A DNA stretch of 62,929 nt, counting the filler, from Reclinomonas americana ATCC 50394 (Eukaryota): NCBI GenBank assembly GCA_048213135.1. It is 15 parts of 15 records of this genome, joined end to end, with 100 filler letters (N's around TTAATTAATTAA, not from the genome) between each part and the next. Parts side by side here need not be neighbours in the genome. Positions count along the whole stretch, not along the records: positions 1 to 3,072 come from AFZH01018134.1; positions 3,173 to 6,373 come from AFZH01018135.1; positions 6,474 to 8,338 come from AFZH01018136.1; positions 8,439 to 13,598 come from AFZH01018137.1; 11 more parts are not named here. One strand, given 5' to 3'. The position numbers were made by a program, and so were the translations under genes. Below, one piece after another: positions 1-10,462 of the stretch (position 1 is the stretch's first letter; each line of letters starts with the position of its first letter). A model generated the notes under the pieces. The model saw only the letters and a program-made list of their open reading frames with translations. It had not been told where the DNA came from and made no database searches.

Positions 1-204
1 GGAGGGGGAAGGGGGAGGGAGGGAGGGAGGGAGGGAGGGAGAGGGTGAGAGATAAGGAGAGAGCGAGAGAGGCGTGGGCGCTTGAGCGATTCCCATTGTG
101 AGTTGCTGTGGTCGGCTCTATCTCCTGCTCATCGTCGCCGACCACTTTGATTCTTGTTTGCTTCTCATTCCACACCAGGGTGCGATTGGTGTCCTCGTGA
201 TCAT

Positions 205-760
205 TGTCTCCACATGATCTCTCTTCTCTCTCCTCTCCTCGATTCGTTGCCTGCACTCTGTCTCCTTCCACCGCGATCCCTCTCATCACGAGGCATCTTG
301 ACTCACTCCATCCGAGAATGTGCTTCGTCTCCGTCGCAGTCACTCTCCCTCCCTCTCTCTCGATTGCTCCTGCACTACGATCGCTCTCCTTGGGTCACAG
401 TCGCTCACCCATCATCGCCAAGCATCTTGACGACTTGTTGCTTCTCATGTCATCACGAATGGCTCCTGGTGTCCTTGTCTCTGCACGATCTTCTCTCTCC
501 TCTCCTCGATTCGTCGCCAGCATGCTTCACCCTTCCACCGCGATCCCTCTCATCACCAGGCATCTTGACTCACTCCATTCCAGAGTGCGCTTCGTCTCCG
601 TCTCTCCCTCCCTCTCCCTCCCTCTCTCCTTAATGCACAACGATCAATCTCCTTTGGTCACAGTCGCTCACACATCATCGCCAAGCATCTTGACGACTTG
701 TTGCTTCTCATGTCATCACGAATGGCTCCTGGTGTCCTTGTCTCCGCATGATCCTCTCTC
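205..760. repeat. Tandem repeat, ~263-bp unit, ~2 copies
   Basis: The block catcatcgccaagcatcttgacgacttgttgcttctcatgtcatcacgaatggctcctggtgtccttgtctc occurs at ~410 and ~673. The upstream block ccaccgcgatccctctcatcac is repeated at a similar spacing. Confidence 0.85.
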
Positions 761-1576
761 TCTTTCTCTCACTCTTTGCAAGCATGCTTGATTGTCTCCT
801 GTCACCACAATTGCTCTCGTTCAATCACTCGCCCTGAAGCGCCTTGATTGCTCTCGTCAGCATTCACTGTGGACAGCCTCTTTGTCATCCAGTCTCGCCT
901 CTCGTTCCATAATCGCCTCTGCTGGGCCCTTCAGTGCACTGGCGTTCTCATTTTTTCACGTACCACTGTTCTTGTCCTCCTTCGCACGACTCTCACCCTT
1001 CCCCACATGATCTCTCTTGATCACAGTCTCACTTCTTCTCTTGCCATTGCACACTGTTCTTGCCCTCCGCTGCACTGTTGTCATCAACGTCTCCACACGA
1101 TCTCTCTTTATCACGCAGGCTCTCACGCCTTCTCCTCTGATATCTTCTTACATTTGCCGGCACCACGATCGCTCTTCCCTGCTCCACACGATTTGTGTTG
1201 ATATCGATTACCCAGTCTCAAGTATTCATATGTGCAAACTGTTCTTGCCTTCCTTTGCGCGACGATCTCTCCCCCACTTTACATGGTCTTTTCTCTTTGT
1301 CACCCAGACTCACTCCATCTCATGCCGTTGCAAACTGTTCTTGCCTTCTCCCTTCTCCACACGATCTTTCTCTTCATCACAGTCTCTTCATGCTATTGCC
1401 AGGACTGTTCCTGCTCATGTGTTGATCATTCAGTCTCACTTCTCCTCATTCCCAACTCCAATCCAAACCATCGACACCACGATTTCTCTCTCTCTCTCTC
1501 TCTCTCGCTCTCTTTATCTTCTGTATGTCTATCCTTGCATCTCAACTCTTCCCCTTTTCCTTCTCCCCCATCACAG

Positions 1577-2047
1577 CCACTCCTCTCCCGCGGCGTCGAA
1601 CCCCGCAACATCTCACGACGAATCGAGATCGATCGACACGTCGCCGACTACGAGCATGTAACCAAAAGGTGCGTGTGCATGCGCTTCACTCTCTTTCCCC
1701 CTTTTTTTCTGCGAGAGTGACTCACTGTCGCCGCCGCCAAAAAATAGGGACCGCATTGCACAATTCAAGGCCGACTGGGAGAACAAGAAGATGGCCTCCA
1801 AGCGGGTAAACATGCGCAACCCGCTGGCCAACCCCGGTGTGAAGGAGGAGCTGCGGGCGGTGCAGTATGCCACCATGGTTGAGCGCAAGGCCGCCCTGCA
1901 ACGGCTGCTGGAGGAGGAGCAGGCGGGGTGCGTGGTTTTGTTGAGCGATTGAGGGAAGGAGTTGGGTTTGATTGCTCACTGTGGCGTGTCAGGTACGAGA
2001 GGGAACTGGATGAAATGGGACTGGCGATCTTCCGTGAGAAGGATTGA
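1577..2047 (+). CDS. CFAP141: CFAP141/C1orf189-like ciliary protein (5' exon not located)
   Basis: GT-AG exons 1577-1668, 1748-1927 and 1993-2047 splice in frame to ...KEELRAVQYATMVERKAALQRLLEEEQAGYERELDEMGLAIFREKD*. This matches the C1orf189-family C-terminal pattern R-x-AAL-xx-L-xx-E-xx-Y-xx-EL-xx-G-x-A-F. The start codon was not identified. Confidence 0.7.
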
Positions 2048-2700
2048 GGAGGGAGTGGGGTGGTGGAGCGCGTGTGTGTTTGAGTGTGAGTGGTGGGAGA
2101 GGAGGATGAGGAAGAAGAAGTGTATATTTCAAAAAGCAAGTTACTTGTGGTCGTGAGGAACTGTGGTGTGATTGCAGGGAACTGGATGACATGGGGCTGG
2201 TGATCTTCTGGGAGAAAGATTGAGGAGTGGTGGGGCGTGTGTGAGAGTGAGTGCGAAGAGAGGAGAGAAGGATAAAGAAGTGTATATTTCAAAGCGAGTT
2301 GCTTGTGGTCGTGAGGAACTGTGGTGTGATTGCAGGTACGAGAGGGAACTGGATGAAATGGGACTGGCGATCTTCCGTGAGAAGGATTGAGGAGGGGGTG
2401 GGGTGGTGGAGCGCGTGTGTGTTTGAGTGTGAGTGGGAGGAGAGGAGGATGAAGAAGAAGAAGTGTATATTTCAAAAAGCAAGTTACTTGTGGTCGTGAG
2501 GAACTGTGGTGTGATTGTAGGGAACTGGATGACATGGGGTTGGTGATCTCCCGAGAGAAGGATTGAGGGCAGGCGTGTGTGAGTGAAAAGAGAGGAGAGG
2601 AGGAGGAAGAAGAGTATAAATTTCTTACTTGTGGTCGTGAGGATGGAATGGGATGGTCCAGGCGTGACTTGGAAGGAGCGGGGGTTGGTGATCCTGGAGA
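1985..2700 (+). repeat. Tandem repeat of the CFAP141-like terminal exon plus 3' flank (A-B-A-B, ~343-bp higher-order period)
   Basis: caggtacgagagggaactggatgaaatgggactggcgatcttccgtgagaaggattga occurs at 1990 and identically at 2333. Degenerate copies lie at ~2175, ~2518 and ~2640. Confidence 0.9.
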
Positions 2701-2859
2701 GATAAAGACTGGAATGCAGAACGAGAGCTGCCGGTGTTGGGTTTGAAAATTATAAGGATAAGCAGTGGGGATGGATGGGCAGTTGTGATATGAGAAAGCA
2801 CAGTTCGTCTCATTGAAAGAGATGTGTTGGTGTTGGGAGTTGTAACGAGTGCGGGTAAA

Positions 2860-3495
2860 GTCGGGTAAGAACAGTGGGACCGGTGGTGCACTGGGGATGA
2901 GAGAAACTCATCTCCACGCAGAAGTGCAGATTGACGGCAAGAGAGTCTGTGTAGGAAGCCATAAGGAGAACGGGGTGGAGCAATAAGCAGTGGGAATGCT
3001 GGTGATGAGAACAAGAAAGATGATGATGTTTGCTGACATGAAAAGGACTAGCAGTCGAGCGAAAAAACAAAANNNNNNNNNNNNNNNNNNNNNNNNNNNN
3101 NNNNNNNNNNNNNNNNTTAATTAATTAANNNNNNNNNNNNNNNNNNNNNNNNNNNNNNNNNNNNNNNNNNNNGGCGGTGTGCAGTCGTGATGTGAGACCA
3201 CGACTCGTCTCCACACAGCAGTGCAGAATGATGGCGAGAGAGATGTCGGTGTAAGAGGCAGAGTGGGGTAGCAGTGTGCAGTCGTGATGTGAGACCACGA
3301 CTCGTCTCCACACAGCAGTGCAGAAAGATGGCAAGAGAGTCTGTGTAGGAAGCCATAAGGAGAACCAGCGGAAAGGAGCAGAAAGCAGTGGGATTGCAGG
3401 TGGAGAACAAGAGAGATGATAACGTTGGAAGACATAAGAATGATCAGCAGTCGACAAGTAATGCATGCAGTCGCGATGGGAGAAAGCACAGCTCT
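2860..3495. repeat. Degenerate direct repeats flanking a gap
   Basis: gtctgtgtaggaagccataaggagaac occurs at ~2945 and ~3339. gtgtgcagtcgtgatgtgagaccacgactcgtctccacacagcagtgcagaa occurs at ~3177 and ~3274. Confidence 0.7.
3073..3172. other. Artificial scaffold linker (N44 + TTAATTAATTAA + N44); 14 in the window
   Basis: The identical 100-nt linker with stops in all six frames starts at 3073, 6374, 8339, 13599, 18275, 23126, 31449, 32633, 37150, 40906, 50706, 52351, 59155 and 61078. Confidence 0.98.
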
Positions 3496-3944
3496 TCTTT
3501 ATACAGCGTGTGAAAGCAAGAGAGGCACTCACTTGCTAGACTCTGCTCGCGACTTCCAACACCAATTATCAGTCTGCATTGTGTGTGGAGCTTGTCAGGA
3601 GCCGCGATCTCTCTCATCGCTTATAGCTCGTGATTTTTGGAACTAGGATGTCATAAGGGAGACCTGCTAGCATCGGGGAAGAAACACGCGAGTCTGAAAA
3701 GAAATGCAGGTGTTGTCGTGATGGGAGAAATCGCGGCTCGTCTTCAAAGCAGCGCAACATGTTTACAAGAGACGTGTTGGTGGCAGCAATTCAGGAAAAC
3801 CCGTAGAGTCGGGAGAGAAGCATGCAACTCGAGGAGGAATTCATGTATTAGTGTGTGGTGGGAATTGTCGCGGATTCTGTCAATTTTCCGACACGTGCAC
3901 GCGCCCGCTTCTCTCCCCATATCTCTCGCCGGCGCGCACGCGCA

Positions 3945-4946
3945 ATGGAGGGCTACACGCACCTCCACCATGCATTATCCATCGAGCGTGCCTCTATCCA
4001 TGTGCACGTTGTGTGCGGAAGAGATCGCACTTCGCCAGTCCTGCTGTGTGCTTCGAACAGGCGTCGTCTGGTCGTCCCGAAACGCGACTTGGTGCGTCTC
4101 CTCTCCTCTCCTCTCGTCTGTCCCTTCTCTCTTACACACGCATGTGCACAGCGATACCGCCTCCAGCCGGCCTCCTTTGGTGATCTGCCTCGACTCGTAC
4201 GCGCCCTTGTCGTCAACCTTGAACACAAGCTGATACGACCGGCAGACGAGTTGGTCGAGTGGGCGCTCTGCGCCCATGCTGATCCGCCCTGCATCTTTCG
4301 TGTAGGAGCGCTGCAACGAGCTCTCCTCCCGCATCTGCAGCACCAGTTGGAACATTTGGTGGAGGAGCTCGCAGAGGACTCGAGAGTAGTGTTGCCTGAC
4401 GAGTTTTGTGATGCTTGTGAGCAGCAGCTGCCGTCGACGTATTCAGTGGTCAGCAAGGACGCGCTTGTTTCGGAGGCAGAGGTGGCCATACGTGAACACT
4501 TGATTCGGGAACTGGTGGTCGCTGGCGACGACGGCGAAGATGACAACGGATCGGCGAGATTCAGCATGGAGGGTGACGACGATCACCAGCGCGATTGTGG
4601 TCGATGTGCAACGTGGGCCGAGTGTGCCCGTGAATTCTCCTTGGATGAACTGTGCTCGCGAGAACTGCTTATTGCAAGGTCAACAAAGGGGGGATGGAGG
4701 GCGTTTGTCAACGCCGCCGAGTCGAGACGTTTGTGTTGCCTGCTGCAGTGCGCTTTTCTCACTGCTGCTCTCACTCTCTCACTGTTTTTCCCAAACGCAG
4801 AGCACAGACGATTTCGTGTGCGCCTAGTCACGGCGGCATGCCAAGCGTCTCCAGCGTACTATGCCGCTCGAAACGCTTGGTTTCAGGGACCCTTCTTCAC
4901 TGGATTCGGGAGAGACCACTTCGAAAGAGTCGTGGATGTGGAGTGA
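3945..4946 (+). CDS. Hypothetical protein (3 exons)
   Basis: ATG at 3945 lies in ORF 3855..4946. Two in-frame GT-AG introns (4092-4151 and 4729-4800) remove pyrimidine-rich segments. The remainder looks protein-like, but no family was recognised. Confidence 0.6.
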   Translation: MEGYTHLHHALSIERASIHVHVVCGRDRTSPVLLCASNRRRLVVPKRDLVRLLSSPLVCPFSLTHACAQRYRLQPASFGDLPRLVRALVVNLEHKLIRPADELVEWALCAHADPPCIFRVGALQRALLPHLQHQLEHLVEELAEDSRVVLPDEFCDACEQQLPSTYSVVSKDALVSEAEVAIREHLIRELVVAGDDGEDDNGSARFSMEGDDDHQRDCGRCATWAECAREFSLDELCSRELLIARSTKGGWRAFVNAAESRRLCCLLQCAFLTAALTLSLFFPNAEHRRFRVRLVTAACQASPAYYAARNAWFQGPFFTGFGRDHFERVVDVE

Positions 4947-4968
4947 ATGGTTGTTGGTTGGCGGCAGA

Positions 4969-7097
4969 TCACTCCCAGTTGCTGCCAGTGAGGTCAACAC
5001 ACGCGGTGAGCGAGAAGACGAATTCGAATGAATGGCGGAAAGTAGGCGACTTAACAAACGTAGACCACATCCCCCTGTTCCGTTCCTAGTGGCGCACAGC
5101 ATGTGATTGCAACCGCCTGCGCGCGGCAGCCCACAGTGTGTGAGTTGCAGGGAACGATCAGCCGACAGCGTGATTGCCCTCTTGACCCACCGTTCTTTTC
5201 GATACGGGTCCCACAGCGGGGACAGGGTTTCGTCAAAACTGCAATACTTTCCGCCGTCAAGCGCTCCTCCTCCTCTCGGCGACGCCGTGCCTCCTCTTCG
5301 GCTCGCTGCTGCTCAGCATGCGCACGCCGTTCCTCTTCCACGTGTCGATCATATGACGCACAATCGAATCCGAAATGCCACGCAGACTGCAGAGATGGCT
5401 GAGACGTCGCGAGTAAACCCATCCCACAAAGAGAACTCCCCCACACTGTGGCTCACGTTGTGGTGCAAACACCAGTGCTGAGAACATTGGGCGCAGGCAA
5501 AATGAACATCGCCCTCGTCGACCTGCACAACATTATGGATTTTGCTGTCGGCGCGGAGAAGCAACAAACATATGCATACAGAGACAGGAAGCCACCCTTG
5601 ACCATTTGCACGGCAGAGCACTGCGGGTTGAGGCATCGGTGACAGTGCGGATCCTGAGAGACGTGCGCGGTGATTGCCAGATGCTGGAAACGCTCGTAGA
5701 CCTCACGAGTGGCCAATCGCTGAACATGTGCAAGTCAATGCGACGTGAGCTGTCACACTTGAATGCAAAGGGCGACGAAAAAGTATCGGCATATCTTCTG
5801 GCTCGAGTTGCCGTCGACAAGTGACGTTGGAACAACGTACCACCGAAGTGCCCGTGTCGGGGTCCATCACAGCAGTAGCGATCAATTGCGCAGCGCACTG
5901 ACAAAAAAAACACAGAATGTCAGTGTATATAACTCACGCATCGTAATGCTCAGTGGCGATTCACCTCAGCACAAAGCTCATCGGGGTGAGGACAAGTGAG
6001 CGTGAGTGGCACAAGGCGATCGACGCTGAACCTCTCGCCGCAGACTGAGCAGTCGGCCTCGGGGATGCGGACGACATCTTCCAGTGCCTCCACCGGCTCT
6101 GCGCCCATGTCCGCCAACTGGCGACGGAGCGCTGCCAGTCGTGCCTGCCGAGCCGGAATACTCGGGTCCGCTTTGTGCATGCACACGCAGTGAGACACCG
6201 CATAGGCGAATGTGTTTCGGCAGGCAGCCACACACGGCACCTCGCGAATTCGTGCGCAAAAAGTACTCGAGCGACACGAGCTCCGAGCGCAGGTCGTCGG
6301 CCAGCGTGGAGGGATCCACTGAGAATACCACATCAGTGTAGTCAATTCTGCCTTCGCAATGAAACAGGCGCCTNNNNNNNNNNNNNNNNNNNNNNNNNNN
6401 NNNNNNNNNNNNNNNNNTTAATTAATTAANNNNNNNNNNNNNNNNNNNNNNNNNNNNNNNNNNNNNNNNNNNNGCAACAACACGACGGGGACGGCACGCA
6501 ACTCACGGTCAAACTCCAACGACGGTTCAACCTGTGGGTGAGGACTGCCCAGCTCGTCTACCACTGCATTCAGACACGCAATGTCCACCTCGCCCGTCGG
6601 AGGCACCGTCCACACCACTGCAATCAGTAGTGAGAGAACGCTATAGGAGTCACAAGGCACGTACATGTTGCACACCAGCAGCCTCCTGTCAATCACATTA
6701 GAAACCACACATCTCATGCACACATATGCACACCGATGTGCACGCACCGGGAACAGGTGATGCCAGTCGACACTACGAGCACGACCGCGCACCAACAAAA
6801 GCAGCTGTCGCCGGTGCATCAACCACGCGATTTGCGTCTTTCCCACCGCGTCTGGCTCCCGAAACCGCTGCTCCACGAACGGCAGAAGCCGCTCCGCAGC
6901 CACACCCTCCGCGCCTTCCACACTGACCAGCCCGACGCCCTCAATGAACTGCCTCTCACCACTGAGTCACGAATGCATGTGGCCTTCTGCATGAACACAC
7001 GCGCGCGAACCTCATAGAACACCAAATTGCAGCCGCCGCGGCCTGCGCGCACGTCCTCCGCCGCCTGTCGATCTTCCTCACTCACGAACGATGCCAT
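4969..7097 (-). CDS. RBR (RING1-IBR-RING2) E3 ubiquitin ligase, spans a gap
   Basis: Spliced product begins MASFVSEED. RING1: CSVC...CPHPDELCAECAAQ...CSNVTC. IBR: CLNPQC...CAQCSQHWCLHH..WH..FDC. RING2: [22 protein letters not shown]...GCGLRFNWE*, with the catalytic GCxH motif. Confidence 0.85.
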
Positions 7098-7166
7098 GTA
7101 GCGAAAAGAACACGACAAGTCGTGCCGGGAACTGACAGCTTCCAAGTTATTGTCTTTGAGTGCGCC

Positions 7167-10119
7167 ATGCAACGCGATGGAGGCACATGGGGCTCGCCCT
7201 CGCGCACACGCGACAGCACCGGGTCCTCACCCCCTGCAGCAGCAGCAGCAGCAGCGGTCGCGGATGGAGTGAGCCCGCGGAGAGCCTCGTACGCCTTGTC
7301 AGAGCTTGCACGCGAGGACATCTTTCGCCAACCAGACAGGGAGCTCTTGGCCAGCGTGATTGCGGAGAACGACCGCTTGCTGGCCTGCGTGGCGGCGCTG
7401 GAGGAGGAGCTGAAGAATGAGCGCGCGGCGAAGCTCGCAGCAGAGGAAGCAGCTGGGGAGCTGGAGGCCAAGCTGGAGGCCGCCAAGAGCGCGCGTCAGC
7501 AGAATGCAGAGCGAGCGCGCGCCGCGCAGCAGGCACTCGCGCAGGGGCGACAGCAGGTGGAGCATGAGCTGGAGGTGGAGCAGCACAAGGTCGCCGAGTT
7601 GAATCACATGACGGGCGTGTTGCGCAGTCAGCTTGCACACGCAGAGGATCGACTGGAGGCCAACAGTGGCGAGTATCAACGCATGATTGATGGCATCTCT
7701 GCGCGGCTGGAGGAGGCGCAACGTGCGTTGCGTGTGGAGCGCGAGGAGCACTCGCACACGCGGGCTCTGCTCGAGCAGATGCGCGTGGAGAGAGAGGAGC
7801 TGGAGGAGGCGGCGAGGAGACGCCCAAAGACACGCAACTGTGTGCTGTGTAATGTGCTGTTTGATGAGAGCATGCTGGTGAAGGCCGCATTGACGTGTGA
7901 ACATGAGGACAGCGTGTGTATGGCGGTAAGTGTGTGTGTGTGTGAGAGAAGAGAGAGAAGAGAGAGTGTGTGTGTGCATTGTTCCGCAATCAATCATTCA
8001 TGTGCTATTGTCTGACGTATTCCTCACGCAGTGCATCCGACGACACATCAGAAGAAGCTTGGATCAAGACGCACATGCACCCGTCCCTTGCCCAACTTGC
8101 GGCTTGTCTTTGGATACTCAGGAGGATGTAAGAGTTGAGAAATGCTGATCTGCTGACGAGCGTGACGGTTGCTGACAATAGTCTCACTCTCCCTCCTCCT
8201 CTTCGTCCTCATTCTGCTCCTCTGCTTTCTCCGTCCTCATTTTTCTTATCCTCTTCTCTTCCCGTCCTCCTCTCCTTCTTCGTTGCATCGTCGCATCATC
8301 TTTTTCTCCTCTTCCCTCCTCCTCTTCCTCTTCGTCCTNNNNNNNNNNNNNNNNNNNNNNNNNNNNNNNNNNNNNNNNNNNNTTAATTAATTAANNNNNN
8401 NNNNNNNNNNNNNNNNNNNNNNNNNNNNNNNNNNNNNNCTCTCCTTCTTCATGACATCTCTTCTTCTCTCTCTCCTTTCTTTCTTCTTCTGCTTCCCCTT
8501 CTCCTTTCCCTTCTCCTTCCCCTTCTCCTTCCCCTTCTCTCGACTGCAGAGATTGGCGGATCCAGAGGACTTTGATCGACTCCTGCAGCGTTTGCGAAGT
8601 CGCCAATGCCGAATCTGCGAGCGTGAGCGACGAGAGGAGCAGCTTGTTCATACCACGATCTCATGCACGCATCCTGACGACGTCTGTGATGAGGTCTGTA
8701 CTGCATTGCTCTTGTTGTGTGCTGCTTTCAGATTCTCACGCCACCGTGGACAGTGCATGCGAACGTACATCGAGAGTCGAATCTCCATGAACGCTAACGG
8801 AGGACCGACGCACATACCGTGTCCCACTTGTTCTTCGGTGCTGGAGACAGATGATGTCAGGGCACGTGACCATCAATGCACACTCACCTGCACCAGCAGT
8901 CTTCTCATCGTTTTTTGTCCTCCCGCAGCGACTGGCCGGCGACGAAGCATATCTACGATGCTTGCCTCGTCGCCAGCGAGTCTGCGAGATTTGTGGCGAG
9001 ATGAAGGACGAGAGTGAGCTGGCACACATCACTGAAGCTTGCGCTCATGACGATTCCGTTTGCTTCGCTGTGAGTCATTTGCAAGGGGGGGTTGCAAATG
9101 GCAAAACAATTGGTTGACTTGTGCTCTTTCTGCAGTGCATCAAGCAGCAGATCGAGCACGACGTAGAGCACAAAAGCCATTGCAGCTGTGCGCTCTGCGG
9201 CGCAATTCTCGAGACTTCTGATATACAAGCTACTACGGCTTTTGTTCTTTGTGTGCGTACGTGTGTGGTCACTGAACTCTGAATTTCTTCGACTGTAGAG
9301 GCTCGCGAGGCCCGAGGATTTCGCACGCTATTTGGAGCTGAAGACACGCGTGGCGTTGAGTGCTGACCCGCATTACCGCGGTTGCTTGCGTCCGGGTTGC
9401 AAGTCTGGACAGCTGGTGAGTTGATCTCGAAGCTTTGGATAATCTTAGATATTGCTAAAGTCGTGCAACCAGCACGAGGATGGCGATCAAGTGGAGATGG
9501 TTTGCCGTTCCTGCGGCTATTCCATGTGCCATCGGCACGGGGGTGCCTGGCATAGAGGCTTGACTTGCGACGAGTTTGATCTTCACCTTCGCACTCAGCA
9601 AGAACAGGCGGACCAGCAGTTGAGACGTGAGCAGATTGCTGCGAGTGAGGCACTCATCCAATCGACGACGAAACCGTGTCCCAGGTGCCAGGCCCCGATT
9701 GAGAAAGCAGGTGTGTTTTCGCGAATTCGTGCCGTCCTCATTTTTCATCAAGATCCAGCGAGCTCGTACTCACTACCACATATGAATGTTTGCTGGCAGA
9801 CGGCTGTGACCATCTAAAATGTCTGAACCCTGCCTGCCGGAGAGACGACGGGACAGCGTTTGAATTGTTGCGTCCGTGATGCGCAGCGCAGCGTGTGGTG
9901 GCGATTCTTTGTAACTTTGTTTGTCTACTGGGCAGTTGCTGGATTTGCCTCGTTGACAGAGACCTCATCATGAAGTTCAGCAACGCATACCACGCCGAAA
10001 CGTGCCCCTATCGTAATCCCGGCCAGCCGATGGACCCCGCCGAACTGCAGCGGATTGCGGACGGAGAAGCCCTCCCTCCCGATCCTGGCCCAGCCGGACC
10101 TCCGCCTCCTCCGGAATGA
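7167..10119 (+). CDS. RBR E3 ubiquitin ligase with N-terminal coiled coil and three tandem RING1-like modules, spans a gap
   Basis: Coiled coil at ~7340-7820. Three C-x2-C...C-x-H-x3-VC-x2-C...C-x2-C modules follow. IBR: CLRPGC...CRSCGYSMCHRH..WH..LTC. RING2: TKPCPRCQAPIEKADGCDHLKC...FCWIC. TGA ends at 10119. Confidence 0.88.
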
Positions 10120-10462
10120 GCTCGATCGAGAGAACGCATGCAGTGATCCAGCTCCAATAACAACAATGGGAATTCCTTCTTCGTAACCATACCACGCATG
10201 CAGTCTTGATGACGTCACAATGTCCACTTTCATCACACACTAACAACCAAGGTCAGAGCGCCCATCCACGCCCACTTGCCTACACCAATCACACACCACT
10301 CTTTGTCTCTCTTCACACACGCGCGTGTGCTCTCTCCTCCGCGTGTCACACTCGACTTGTCTCTCTATATTTCCCGCCACACACCCTCCTCTCACACGCC
10401 AACTCTCATTTGCCTTTTGTGCACACAGAACACACACACACACACTCTCTCATACACAACAA

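Noticed and set aside
108..145. Hairpin gtggtcggc...gccgaccac
   Set aside because: A single 9-bp stem with no RNA-family context; compatible with chance.
3117..3128. Recurrent TTAATTAATTAA motif
   Set aside because: Always centred in N44 blocks; an artificial six-frame-stop linker, not biology.
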